A DNA stretch of 64,000 nt from Hyphochytrium catenoides (taxonomy: Eukaryota; Protista; Hyphochytriomycota): positions 1 through 64,000 of the forward strand of contig FLMG01002424.1 in the NCBI GenBank assembly GCA_900088475.1. The letters are read 5' to 3'. The notes below the pieces were generated by a model, which worked only from the letters and a program-made list of their open reading frames with translations, had not been told where the DNA came from and searched no databases. A program made the position numbers and the translations under genes. Below, piece after piece: positions 11,080-24,499 of the stretch. Every line of letters begins with the position of its first letter. Position 1 is the first letter of the stretch.

Positions 11080-13081
11080 ATGACAAAGACAAAGAAGGTT
11101 GAGCGGTGCTCTCCCAACACTGAGCTCTCTTCCTCTACCTTTGGAGGCAAGGTTCTCTTTGCCACGGACGAATGGTTCGCAGACTCTAGCTCGCTTCTCT
11201 CTCCCTCAGATCCCATCTTTCTCCCTGACAAGTACACAGAGTTTGGGAAGTGGATGGACGGCTGGGAGACGAGACGGAAGCGGATTCCTGGTCATGACTG
11301 GTGCATTATACGCCTTGGGCTGCCAGGAGTGATCAGGGAAGTGAAGGTTGACACGGCCTTCTTCACTGGGAATCAGGCGCCAAGATTCTCTCTCCAGGTT
11401 GTCAGATTGTAGCACTTTCCTTTTCCGTCTCTCCCCTGTTGTCTCTTTCTCTTCTTTTCCGCCTACTTACCCCTCATCGTTTTTTACGGGCTTTCTCTTC
11501 ACTAATCTTCTCTCTTTTTCTCTCTTCTCTCTCTTTCACTATCCCTTTCTCTCTCTCTCGGTCGCTGTTCCCTCCCCCCTCCCCCCCCCCGCCCCCTTAA
11601 CCTTTCTTTTCCTCATCTCTCCCTGTACTTTCTTTGCTATATATAAGGCTGCAAGTCTACGATCGGACCCTGCCTCTCTCTCGTCGCTCCCTGTGGGGAT
11701 CACCGGCACCGCTCCGTCCGCAGAGCACCTTAGGACTGCAGAAGGGGTCGGGAGCCAGCACTGGGAGGAAATAATCCCGATGACACGTAAAGCGCACACA
11801 CACCCTCTCTCATTTCCTCTCCGAGTTTCCTCTCTCTCCCCCTCTCTCCTTCTTTCGCTCTTCTCCCTGGCGGCTGCAGCGTTCCTTGATTGAACGATTA
11901 CATCTTCTGCTTTATGATTGTCCTAAGGCTGTTTCTCTCCGCCTCCCCTTTGCCTTTCTTCCTCTGCTGAACACTAGAATCTGTCGGCCCTAGCCGTCTG
12001 TCTCTCTCTCTCTTTTGGTTCGCTTCGCTGTTCCTCTCTCTCACTTCTGTTTCTCTTGCCAATGCTTAGCACTACGCCCTGGCTACCCAGAGACGCGCCA
12101 CCACACCTTCCGCGTCTCTTCCTCCTCCCGCTGGACTCATCTCCGATTTAACATTTACCCAGACGGAGGCGTCGCACGCGTCAGAGTGTACGGAGAAGTC
12201 TCAGTCGACTGGTCGTCTCTCTCTCTTTCTCTCCCAGTCGATCTCGCCTCTGCAGCTCTTGGAGGCGTGGCTCTTGCTTGTTCTAACAAACACTATGGAG
12301 AACCATCCAACCTACTTCTACCTGGGAGAGGGAAAGATATGAGAGACGGATGGGAGACAGCCCGTCACCCCGACCGGCCGCCGGTTTTGAGAGAGAAAGA
12401 GAAAGGGCTGCTAGATGTCCCTGGAAGTGACTGGGCAGTCATCAGACTGGGAACTATTGGCAGCATTCATACTCTGGAGGTGATACTCTGTCTTCTTCTC
12501 TCTTCATCTTTCCTTCAGCCACCGCACTCTTCAAGTTTCTGCGGGCAGCATTCTACGCCTTTGATTCCTCTCTTCACTCATAGTTCTATCCTCTCTAGCA
12601 GTCTCCTTTGAAGGGCAAGGGTTGTGTCCTTGTCGTAGTAGCTCTTCCTTCGTTAGTTGCTCTTTTCTCTCCCTGGCAATCTCTCTCCCACTCATTGTTT
12701 CTCTTGTTCTTATTACTAAGTCTCTCTCTCTCTCTCGCTTTCCTTGATGTGTTTTGGTTTCCTGCTTACTAGGTGGACACCATCCACTTCAGAGGGAATG
12801 CGCCTGAAAGCTGCAAGGTAGAGGCAGCTCTCGCTCTACCAGGAACAGAGAGAGAAGAAGATCTGCTGGAAGGAGAGGAAAAGATCAACAGAGGGCCATT
12901 GTGGCGAACTCTTCTCCCTCGCACCAAGCTGCTTCCCCACACTTCACAAACCTTTCTGTTAGAGAAAGGCGAGCTAGAGCCCATAGGAAACGTTAGTCAT
13001 CTGCGCCTCACGATGTACCCAGACGGGGGCATAAAGAGGCTTAGGGCATGCGGGTACAGAATGGCAGGGGCAAAGCTCTGA
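11080..13081 (+). CDS. ALLC: Allantoicase (allantoate amidinohydrolase) with C-terminal PTS1 (-AKL); 4 exons (11080-11397, 11648-11786, 12070-12479, 12773-13081)
   Basis: Two allantoicase repeats: TDEWFA...[25 protein letters not shown]...VDTAFFTGN; [21 protein letters not shown]; DGWETARHP...DWAVIRLG; [13 protein letters not shown]...[16 protein letters not shown]. All three introns are GT-AG and phase-compatible (0, 1, 0). Confidence 0.95.
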
Positions 13082-13589
13082 TGCAGTGGCGAGAAACAGA
13101 GCATGGAGAGACAGAGAGAGTCATCAATAAGGAAGGCGACGAGCAGAAGGAGAAGAGGGTAGAAGAAGGGAGAGAGGACCACCGGCAAGCGAGAGAGAGA
13201 GAGAGAGAGAGAATAAAGCAGGAAAGAAGGTACCCCAAAGGAGCCTCACTCTCCATTCCTATTTACAGCCCACTTCATTATCGTACAAATCCGTATTATC
13301 CTTCCCAACTTCCGGGAGTCTCTCTCTTTTTCTTCCTCCTCTCTTAGTCTCCTCATCATACACTCTTCCCTTTCTGCTGGTTGGCCCGCCTTATAAGGCA
13401 ACCTAACATGAATGGACTACTCTGAGAGAAAGGACTGAGGGACCCGTGGCCGCCACTACGCTTGTCACTTTTCAGCTCTCTCTCGTTCCTGGAGAAGATG
13501 CGTCTTCACTCTCGTCTCGCTGGGTCACTCTCTCTGTTCCTTGAGTTGCTCTCTCCCTCTCTCTATGTCCCCGCCTATCTCTCCTGAGT

Positions 13590-14450
13590 CTAGATGCCAA
13601 GAAGCAATCGTTTCTCTTCCAAAGTAAAGTTCTCTGCTCCCTGTCTGATGCCCAAGATAAGGCAGTCCAGCTCCTCCTGTGTGCCCTGGAAGGTAGCCTC
13701 TCTTCGCACCTCTTCCAACTCTGTTCCAAAGTACTCGGCAATCATCGCTGTATAATGGCTTGGAAACTGCTCAGCCACGCGCTTCTCCTTTTCCTCTGTC
13801 TCTTTCTTTTCTGCTTCTCTCTTCTTCTCTCCGGAGGTGCGGAAGGATGTCAGCAGTCTGTTGACTTCATCTACTTCCTACATATAGGCAAGGGACAGGC
13901 GGAGAGAGACAGCTGAGCCTTCTTCCACTCTCTTACTCCTGACGTTTCTTCTCGTGCAGCAGGCTGTGTCTCTCTCTTTCCTCGCCTATCACTCAGCAGC
14001 ATCGAGTTTTCTCTTACAGAATGCTCTTCTCCCTCTCTCTCTGCGTCTCTCCTGTCCCTCTGTTTGTCTCTCTCTCTCTGTGTGTTTCTGCGAATTTCTG
14101 ATGCTTTGAACTGTCTCCAGAGCGATGAAGCTCCTTTTCCTCGTTCTCTCTTCCTTCTCCCGCCTTTCCTTCTTTTCTCTGCCATTTACCTTAACGAGCT
14201 GTCCCCAGTCATTTTCCTTCGGAGTTGATGACGAAGAAGAGGAAGAACGAAGACTTTCTTCGATCCTCTTCATCTCTCTCTCCGCTCTGTCCAACGCCTC
14301 TGTCTGTTCCTGGTTCTCGCGTAGCACGCGGGCAGCTCCTGGGAAAAGTGTCTCGAGCAGCTGTTCTTCATTCTCTTCTTCTCTCTCTTCTACCTTGTCT
14401 GGGGAGGCAGTAGCGTGACTCTTTCTTTTCTTCCCTTTGCCTTCCTTCAT
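13590..14450 (-). CDS. Rsa3 (ribosome assembly protein 3)-domain protein, ~182 aa; 2 exons (14450-14190, 13877-13590)
   Basis: Phase-0 intron (GTTAAG|GTAAAT...TATATGTAG|GAA) joins two ORF fragments. C-terminal FPSHYTAMIAEYFGTELEEVRREATFQGTQEELDCLILGIRQGAENF resembles the recalled Rsa3 pattern (F...Y...T..F.DDLD.LR...DF...L..L...L.QG...F). N-terminus is charged, with an NLS-like KKRK. Confidence 0.7.
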
Positions 14451-14827
14451 AGTTCCTCTTTCTCTCTCTGTCTCTCTGTCTCTCTCTCTCGCTCTCTCTC
14501 TCTCGCTCTCTCTCTCCGTCTGGTCCTTTAGGCTTCTGTCTTCCTGAGCGGCTTGACACCTGTCTATAGACCCTTAGAAGGACCTTGAATAACCTAAAAG
14601 AAGCACTGCACTGGTGCGCAGCCGCAAGAGGAGGAGGATGAAGCTCCTTGGTCACAGACAGATAGAGCAGCACAACATTGAAAACGTTTTGGTTGGCGAT
14701 TTGGCGACCTATGGAAGCAATACGAGAAACAAGGAGAGAGAGAGAGGGAGGGCGAGAGAGAGAGAGAGACACAGAGACAGAGACAGAGAGAGAGAGGGGG
14801 AGAGAGAGAGNNNNNNNNNNNNNNGAC

Positions 14828-14873
<46 letters not shown>

Positions 14874-15573
14874 AAAGCCAAACAGATCAGAACCCAAAGA
14901 ACTGACAAAGTTCATACATAATCAATGGTGTTTCAAAATAGATTAATCCCTTCTTGACGGCGACGATAACCGCAGTTGAGGAGTTTAAAAGTGGCATTAT
15001 TAACGATGCAGCTTGATTATATCCTGAATGAAAGGATATCGTGACAATGGAGGAGGCACAAGAGCAACAGAGATCATCGCACCTCTGAACTCTGTATCTG
15101 CCGCACTGCCCGTCAAAGTCCGGAATCAGCAGCAAGCAAGTGAAGATTTTTGAGCCTGTGGAGATCCCATCGCTTGATACTGGGGCTGCCTGGAGCTACG
15201 TCCACCCTCTCTCTTATCCTACCCTTAAGGGCCTAGAAGAAGCTAAGCGTCCTGGCCTTTACAGCTGCCTATAACCTCAATCCATTTTCGTCGTAAGCTG
15301 TCGAGGCGTAATGGCCGCTCATGCTAGGCGCTCAGGGACAGCTCGACCACAGCCGGCAATAAGCAACTATTGAAGCCTCTCAATGGCCGTGGCCGTGTAG
15401 TGTATCCTAAAGCAACGCAAAGAGCGGACGGGACAGGGGTAGACTGGAGATCTGTGTGCTGCCCCGTCTTTGGAACTCTGATGCTCTTCAGTCATCGCTA
15501 GCTAGTACTTGTGAGGTCTGATGCCGACCCAGTCGGCGAGGAGGACTCCACCTTCAGGACCGAGTCAGTGGCC

Positions 15574-18500
15574 ATGAACCTGAACACCAATATCTTTGAG
15601 ATCGTATCCTTGCCCAAACACCTTGCCCCATCTGCTTTCTTCCTGCCTGAACTCTTTCACTCCCTGTGCTGGGACCTGCCTTTTCCTCTTGCACAATGCC
15701 TCTCCGCCTTGCGCCGCTTCATTCTCTGGTCCCCATATAATCGACTACAGGCTCCTTTCCTTGACTGTATTGTTCTTCTAGTGCTCCATTTCACAGCTTG
15801 AATGGCGATGTTTCGAAAGCCACGGCGTGTCTGGAACAGGTCTACGTGGACAGCGAGAGAAGGACAACGAAAAGACTGCAACTCAGCTTGAAGCGAGAGA
15901 GAATGGTGTCAGGGCAGGCGCTAGAGCTTTAGAGAGCCAGAGGAAACTCTGTACGGTGACCCCTCCTGTGCCACTGGATGCTCACTCCTTGATCACGATT
16001 AAGGAGAGGGCAGACGAGGAGCAAGGTCACAATGACTTTGCGTTCTTCTTCAAAGGCGACGTGGAGCTTCCGCGGCTCTGGGTTTTCTCTGTCAACGGGA
16101 AAGACTCTATCCCGAGCAGTATTGATGGGCTCGAAGGTAAGAGCGATCCGGAAAAAGAAAAGAGAGAAAAGCGTATGAAAGTGAACGCTCTCGATTAGGC
16201 TCTTAACGCTTCATGCACCCTCGTTTGACCTCTCTCTTAGCCTTTCATCGGCTCTGGTCGCCTGTCTCTCCTCTCTGTATATACAAAGGGAGCCTGTATG
16301 GCACCTAACTTGTGCCGTTCTTTGCTGTCTCCCATTTGAATGCTCGTACTTTCACCCTCTTCCTCTCCGTCTTACCCATTTATCTCTCATGTTGGCTTTC
16401 GTTCACAGTCTTCTCTCTTCTTATTTGTCACCTTTCGGATCCTTCAGCTCACTCCTCGGTCTCACTTCCTCGCTTTCTTTCGGTACGCCTCTGGTGCAGA
16501 GGTGGGGATGGGCCAGTTTCAACTTGGAGAGCTTGCCACTCTGCGGTGGGAGAGGGGCCTTACGGAACTCTCTCGTCAATCTGTGGGACAGTACCTCCTC
16601 CTTTCTCTCTTCCTTCGTTCCCTTTCCAAACTGGTAAGAGCTTGCATATCTTTCTAGTCATTGCAACTGCAAGCGTATAATCTCGGCGCTGTGATGGATT
16701 GTTCCTGACATGAACAGGTGGAGCCGATGCTGGCTCCTCTGGGACTAGTGCAAGAGAGGGGATATCTGATGCTGCAGCACCACCGGAATGCCTTGGGTGG
16801 AGACGAGAAGAGTCGAGCGGGAAGAGATAGGAAAGAGTGAGGGCTAGATTACATCTCAGATAGCCTTTTCTTAGTCTGTCCTTCACGCCTTTCGTCCGTC
16901 TCTCCCACACACACATGCGCAAAAAGTATCCTCTCTCTCATATCTACATTCCCTCTTTTTTTCTCTCAGTATCTCTCGTCGCTGTCATCTATTGGCTTAT
17001 ACATTCTGGACCCTATCTCTTTTCATTTCTCCCTGTTCTCATTGTTTAGCGCTAGCCCAGAACATGACACAAAGATTTTACGTTCCAATCTCTTCAGCCC
17101 CACACCTGATACGGGAAAGACCAAACGGAGCTCAACAGGAGAGCAGACAGGAGGGAAAGAGGGAAGGGGAGCTGAAGGCAAATGGGTGCCGTCCTGCCAA
17201 ATATCCTGGGTGCTGGAGGGAAAAGGTGCTCTGCAGGCCAATGTTCGGACATCCTCTGTTAGACGAAGGAAGCGGGAAGTCGCCCCTTTCGCAGGAGTGA
17301 GAAGGAGCACAAGCTCCCTGTCTTCTGCGATGCCGTCCGGCTCTCTCTCCTCGACATCATCTCCTCTCATTAGCTGGCAGGATATACCTACTAAGGTCTA
17401 CATTCTTAGGCACAGCCTAGAGCTTTCTTTCTTGTCACACTCTTACCTTAGATGAGCTGATTCTATGCCAAGCTATGACGTCTCCTTTGGATTGTCTTCC
17501 TCACTCCACCCCTTTCTCTATCTACATCCTTGATTTTCTAGCTAAATATCTCTGAGACGAATCTCTCACCTGCCTCTGATCCTTCTCCTTTGCAGCAGAA
17601 GAGCAAGGTGGAAGACAAAGCCAAGGTCTCTTCACCGTTGAACTCTTTTACAGGGAAAAAGAGGCCCAGAAGTACCTCCAGGGACTCCAAAGGCCCGTCT
17701 CTCTCCTTCCCAGAGTCAAACATTGATAATGACTTACAGGGTGGAGGCCCTGATATCTCTTTCTCTTCGCTCTCTTCATCAGACTCTTCCTCTTTCCTAT
17801 CGTACAATCACCCAGTGGCTCCTCCTTCTGCCTTGTTAGCTCTCCAGGCTGCAGTAGACAAGTTCTCTAAAGAGCAAGAGAGCCCGTCAGAGGTTTGGGC
17901 CCCGTCACTGCTTCTCCCTGACGAATATTCCGTCAGCAGGGAAGTTGAGAATAGTCTTTATCCGTCGTCTCTTCCCCTACCTTCTGCACTACACTCCGCC
18001 GTCTCTGATGCTGAGCTTCTTTGGAGGAGAAAGAGAGGAAGAGGGGAGGAGAAACACGTCGTTTCCTATGCGGCATATTCGCCTAGACCTAGTCTCCCCT
18101 GGCTACTTTCGCATAGAAGAGAGCGAGAGGACGAAAGCGTACCTTCCTCGAAGTACTACCACCAGTACCAAGACCGGAATGGAAGGGACTCTCCCTCCCA
18201 AGCGGAAGAGAAGAGAGAAGGTGGAGTGAGACATCAGAAGGAGAGTCAAAAGGACGAAAGAGATATCGAGAATGCGCTCTCTTTCTCTTCTGCCTGTTCT
18301 CCTGAGGATATCGCATGGTCGCTTGTGTTATGGAAGCAGATGCTTCTGGTGCCCTGGTGTTCTTCCCAGCAAATGGCAGGCTCTGGACCTTCTCTTTCGC
18401 CCTTTAGACATTTTGAAGGGAGAGACGAGGAGGAAGATGCTATGATAGAGGCACGGCCTTCGACAGTAGATGAAAGAGAGTCCTTCCTCTCTCTGGTAGC

Positions 18501-20944
18501 TCCAATCATGAAGGCTCTTAACCGCCTTCTCTCTGCGGAAGGGAAATCGGACGGAGGCGGAGTGTCTCTTCTCTCTCTCAAGCAGTATAATGCAAGGGGA
18601 GATAGCGGTCGAGAGAGAGAAGGGAGTGTGAGAGAGAGAGACGACAGACCTTCTAGCAACAGTGGTGGCAGGAGGACGACAAGGGGAGACAGGGAAGTAA
18701 CAATAAGAGGCAATGGGAAGGAGTCCAGCAGCTATCTGGTATGTGTCTTCTACTCTGTCTCTCTGTCTATCCTCTCCCTGCATCCTTTCGCTGACTCGCT
18801 CTCGCATTTCTCGTGTCCTCTGGATTCATTAGGTGATAGTTGTCTGCTCTCTCTCTTCCTCCTCTAGCTGACTGTTTCTTAAGTGTCAAGCATTGTGGCA
18901 CGTGTTCTTTGTCTGCGAGGCTGCCGCGTTGTTTGCCTCTAAAGGAGGTCTTTCTTTCTCTCCCTGGTCTCTCTATCTTACGCTGCCTAACTCGTGTCTC
19001 TCCCGTCTTGCGTCTCCCTAGGAGTCCCTCACTGTTCCCCACTTGTTGGTGTCCTTCCAAGAAGACTCTCTTCGGATTCCTGCCTCCGTCCTGCCGTCCT
19101 GGGACTACTCTCAGCTGAAGCCGTACTGCAGTCCGAAGCGAGTAGAGTACATTGCTCTCTCTCCTTTCTCTCCTCCGCTTCTCTCTTCTCTTCGAGGGCT
19201 TTTGAGGGAAGTCTCTTGCACCTATCAGAACTGTTCCCTTGGCTCTCATTCTCCCTTCTCTCTCGCTTCGGAAGGTGTTCCCATACAAAAGACATTAGCA
19301 GGACAAACCTGGCTCTCTTCCTCTTCTCTCTCTTCCTCTTCCAGCTCTATGGGAGGAGGAGAGAAAGGTCTGTTCCAGCCACTTCGCTTCTCGGAGGATG
19401 ATGCCATTCTTCTCCTTCCTCCTCCTAGCACAGGGGGCGGAGAGAGCAGCATAGACGAAGGAGAGAGAAGGAAGAAAGAGAGAGAGAGTATCGCTGCTCC
19501 ATACTATGAAGCGTGTAAGTCTCTTCGCTCTATTCTCCTCCAGAGGAAGAAGCAGAGGGCTTCGGTCTTCGACCAGCCTCTTGTCTCTATTATTATCTAT
19601 GTGGTCAGCCCGTATCTTGGCCCTCTCTCTTCAGAAGAGAATTGCTCCCTTCTGGCGTCTCTCTCTCGTGGCCTCTGGGAAGACTCTCTCTCTTCTCCAG
19701 AAAAGGCGACAAAGGAGGATAGGGGTCGGTCTCCCCGTAAAACTCTCTTTTCTCCTTCCTCGCCGCCTCTTTCTCGGATGGAACAGATCTGTTCCTTGGT
19801 CCCCTTTGACTCTGAGGGCTCTGTAAATATTGTCTTTCATCTGTTAGATCCGGAGAGAGTCCTCTTCCGGTCTTCTCTTTCTCCCTCTGCGAAAGACATC
19901 GCTTTCTCTGTATATAGCAAGACATTAGTGCCCAAACTACTGGTGCAGAAGAGTGAGGTTAGAGTGACTGAGAGAGAAGAAGAGAGAGAGATGGCGAAGA
20001 AGTATGGCAANNNNNNNNNNNNNNNNNNNNNNNNNNNNNNNNNNNNNNNNNAATGCCTTCCCTACAGTTTCTCTCTCTTCTTTCTCCTCCCATGAGAGAG
20101 AGAAGGCGGTGAGGAGGACGCGAGGATCAGAGAAGAATGGGACCCAGGAAGAGGAAACAGTTCTTTCTTCCGCCTGCCGCGCCGTATATTCCTATGGCTT
20201 ACATCTTCTCCGTCTGCTCGGACCAAGTGTCACCGGATTTTCAGTAGCGAAGTTAGGAAGTATGGGAAGAGAGGAATTGAAAGAGTGGAAGAAACTGCTG
20301 AAAGAAGTGCCTGTGGCCTCTTGTTCTCTCCTACTTCTCTCTCAGAGACACTCAGTGCAACTCACGCGCGGGGTTAAGGACAAAGAAGTCACAGTGAGCA
20401 AGTCTCCAGGCAACAGCAGTTCTAAAGAGGGAGGAAGAACAGAGAAAGGCTCTCCTTCATCCTCTATCCTGGGCTCCTCCGTGCTCTGTCTGCCACGGTC
20501 TCTTGTGTCTCCAGTACTATCGCAGTCATTTTCTTCTCCAGAGAGAGAAACACCGAGTGACACGCAGTGGAAGATAGAGAAACAGACAGTGCAGGAGTTC
20601 ATTGGGGTTCAAAGCGCCGGCGGTCTGCTGATCCCAATACCCGGTAGGGCCTGGAAGGCGGAAGGGCTGGGGCTTCCAGTATTGGAGGACCTGCAGCAGG
20701 ACACAGAGCACGAGGAAGAGAGTACAGTCGAGGTGAGAGACACAGATAGAAGGAATGAGAACATAAATGGAAGAGGGAAGAGGGGCATCTTCATCTTCCT
20801 ATCTCTCCTGGGGTCCTCCTCACCTCAAAACGGAAACCGCACCCACTTATCCTTCTCTGGCGTCTAATACTCTCTCTCTCCTCTTCTCTCTCTCTCTCTC
20901 CTCTTGTCTCTCTCTCTCTCTCCTTGTCTCTCTTTCTCTCCTTG

Positions 20945-20976
<32 letters not shown>

Positions 20977-21458
20977 TCTTTTTTATTCTTGTCTTAATCG
21001 CGCTTCCCAATCGCCGCTGGCCAATATCTCTCTTTTAATACATCTCAGGTTCATCTCCTAGCGCATTGGAAGCAGCAAGAGGAAATGGAGGTAAGAGAAA
21101 GGCTGGTTAAGAACAACAACTCTAGACTAACTCTTTCTTTGCTCATTCTCTGCGCCACTTCTTCCTCCGTCTCCTTGGCGTTTTTATGGTCTCTTCTTCT
21201 CCTTTTCGTTCGCTGCTAATTATCCTCTCTCCTTGTCTCCCTCTCTCCCCGCAGATTTGGCCGGACAAGGAGTTCTCTGACGCCGAGCGGTCTCCCCTAC
21301 TGCCGCTGCTCCATCAGTTCCACTCACTCTCTTTCCTGACCTCATCTCCGTCTGACCTCCGCCGTCGATCTACACTTCCCCTCCATGCCCACGCGGTGGA
21401 ACAGCTGAAAGGGATGATAGAGAGATCCTCTTCTTCCTCTCCGAGTGCTGACTCCTAG
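15574..21458 (+). CDS. MED13: Mediator kinase-module subunit 13; exons ~15574-15603, 15782-16136, 16500-16633, 16970-17395, 17542-18738, 19022-(gap)-~20732, 21049-21090, 21255-21458
   Basis: N-terminus MNLNTNIFEI|CSISQLEWRCF; MID-type motif ESLTVPHLLVSFQEDSLRIPASVLPSWDYSQLKPYCSPKRVEYIALSP...LREVSCTYQNCSLGSHSP; C-terminus LHQFHSLSFLTSSPSDLRRRSTLPLH. Listed junctions are GT-AG and phase-compatible; structure across the N-gap at 20011-20051 is uncertain. Confidence 0.85.
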
Positions 21459-24400
21459 TCCCTTTCCTTTATGGCAGAGACAGATGAGTGACGAAGACTG
21501 TGGGCCAACATATCACACAGGTCCCTTCCCTCTGTTCCTCTGCTGAGGCAATGTCTGTGACATCCGCTAAGTGTTTGTCTTCCTTTTCTCTCTCTTTCTC
21601 TGGTTTTTGCTTTTTGTCTAGTTGGTCCTGGATCCTCCCTTTCACTCCCTCTCTCTTTCTCTTCTCTTCCTTTCTTTTTCTTCTCAGAGAAGCATTGTAA
21701 GCCATAATGAGAACTATGATGTTAACTTCCTAGGTGTATATTATATATAGTACAGTTCATCTACGCCAAGAGATGCATAGAGTCTGGAAAGGGAGAGAGA
21801 GAGACAAAGGAAACGAGCGTGGCGACAAAGGGCCGCAGAGAGCTTCACCTCTGGTATGAGCAAGTCGGCTATCTACCAAAGGCTTCCGGTCCACGCCCAA
21901 CAACTCACCTCTAAGTTTACAGACTTGAACCACCTTCCTTCCTTGTCTCCTCTCTCTCTCTCTCCCTCTGTGTTCCCTCTTTCCTTCCTCTCCTTCCCTT
22001 CTGCCGACTATCGACCATCACGGATAAAAAGAGGCCGATTGCGCTACCTTCGTTTTGAACCCTTTCCCCCTCCCTTGCCTTTCCCTCCGGTCAGAGCTTT
22101 GCCTACGTTTCCCTTGAGCTTAAGCACGCCATCTCTAAAGTGCGGCAGCTCTCTGAGTCCGCCTCTCTCTTCCTTTCTTCCTCCCTTCTTCTCTTTCCCT
22201 CGTTGAGGAAGAGAAGAAAACTTCTTTTGTCCTAGAGTAGAGCCTATCACTTGCGATTCACGGGCCTGCAAGAGAGAGATTGCTTTTAAAAAGAGCTTTT
22301 GTGGGAAGCCGCGCCGTGCTCAAGAGGAGAGAAGGGCTAAGCAAAGAAGGATAAGAGAGAGAAGAGGAAAGAGAGAAAGCCGTGGCTAGGGGAAAGGCTT
22401 GAGAGAGGCAGATTGATTTGGCGCAAGTGGCTCTTACTCTATCTGCTCGTCTCCCCTCTCTTTCCTCTTGCTTCTTCTTCCTCCCTTGATAGATCTTATA
22501 AGGTATCTTCTGGTTTGACTGTGGCTGTTACCGCGAACAAAGAGAGAGAGAGAGGAGAGATCCGGTTAGAGAGGCAGAGATACAAAGGAGAGACTGCGAG
22601 TTAGAGGAAAACGGAGAGAAGGAGGAAGATGGGTTTACTCCTATTTTTACCTTGGCCCCAAGCTTGATAAGCTTACTTCGCTCGGCCTTCTTTCTGTCTT
22701 TCGCATGCATTAGCTCTACACCTGCAGGGAACCGTCGAGAGAGAGAGAGAGAGAGTCGCAGGCAAACACAGAGAGAAAAAGATGAAGAGAGCGGAGAGAG
22801 AGAGAGAGAGAGAACAAATGGCGACCTGTTAGCTGAAAAGTGGGAGATGCCAAGAACCAGAATTGAAGATGTGAAGCTGTCTTGTCTAAGCTAGACTTCC
22901 TCTTCTTCTCTAGATAGTTCCCCCCTTTCAACACCTAATTTTTTTCTATGCTCTAGCTCACACTCGCACAGTTGCCCCTCTTCTCTCTCCTCCTCTTCCT
23001 TCTCATCTTAGCCTTTGTCTCTGTCTCCCACCGCTCACTTTGTCGCTCTTGGTGTCTCTCTCCCTTTTTCTTTCACCCTTCCTCTCTCTCTGTCTCTGTC
23101 TCTCTGTCTCTCTTCTCTTTCTCTCTCTCTGTTCCCCTATAAGTATCCCGTTCTTCCCAAGTTTTTCTTCTCTATCGCACACCTCCTTTCCTTACCTAGA
23201 TCACTTGCCTCTTTTAGGATGGCCCTGACGTCTAAATCCGCGAGCTCCTGGGCACCTCTTCCTCCCTCCACAAGCCGCCGTCGCTTAGCTCCCGCTGACA
23301 ATCCTTGCGAATGCACCTCAAAGGCTTTTGGTGACTTGCGGATGAGAGGAGAGCGCGTAGAGAACATGGAAATAGACGCAGCAGGGAGAACAGAGCACGT
23401 GATAAGTCAGAGGTTTCTCCCAGCAGCATAAACTCCTAAAATTTTGGTAGGTACCATAAAGCCATCATCTGCCGGTGGGGTGTAGGAAGCTGCTCTTCTA
23501 GACGGAAGTGTCGGGCATTGTACAACCACTGGGACTGGCGCGGGTCTCTTGCGACCAATAGTAGTCATTTCTCCTGTAGGGGAGACCTCTTGATGTTTTT
23601 TCTTACTTCTTCCAGGCTGAGGACGATAGAGGTAGCTCGACTCTTGCTAACAGCAGAGGGCGAGAAGCAAAGAACCTCATCGACAGGTGCCTAGGTCAGG
23701 AATACGTGGCAGAACAAAGGTCGACCTAGCTTACATCAGGCTAAGCACTGAAGAGTTGGCAGATAGGAGACCTGGAGTCGCAAGAGCCTACAAAACGCAA
23801 TGGCAAAACTTCAGAATTCAGCAGCAGCAAATTATGTTGCTTGGTGCCAATGCCACTGATTATCTCAAAGGTGTAGTTACAGATAACTCAACACAGAGGA
23901 AATCTGTGACATAGGTGATGGATACTACTGCGTAATCGGCAAGCTATGCTCAGACTAGTAACTGATGTCTTAGATTTAGTCTCAGTCATCCTCCTGGAGT
24001 TTGAGTTATTGCATCTTCAAGCTCGCTCGATCTCTTTGACTCCTTGAGGTACCACCGCCTTGCACTCACTATTGGTCAAGGCTTCAAAGTTCAGCTCATC
24101 GCGAAAGGCTAGATTGCTGGCATGGTTCGCATTATCGAGTAAGACTAAGCCGCAGACTCAGTGTACCTAGCCGATCCTCTTATCTTCCGTGCCCGCAGGG
24201 TGGACTTCCAGTGGGCCCGCAATGCAAGGCATTGGCGTTGCCACTTTGAGTGGGAGAGGTCCTGGTGGCTCATCAGGGACATAGTGCTTCTATTTAACTT
24301 CTATCCGTTTTGAACGCGGCAAGCTGCCATGTGAGCACCCTTTGCGGTCAGCATGAACTGACAAGGATATTCAAGCATAGTCCCGCCCTGCACCCTGGAA

Positions 24401-24499
24401 TGGCACTATTGTCCATCTCTCGGCTACCTTGTCTGCTGGCTACACGACGCAAGGATAGCGCTCCGTATCGAAGAGAGGGGATCTAAAGTGTGACCTATC

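Noticed and set aside
14368-15135. Possible spliced minus-strand ORF upstream of the Rsa3-like gene
   Set aside because: Splice sites can be found but the joined peptide is short, unrecognisable and crosses an N-gap.
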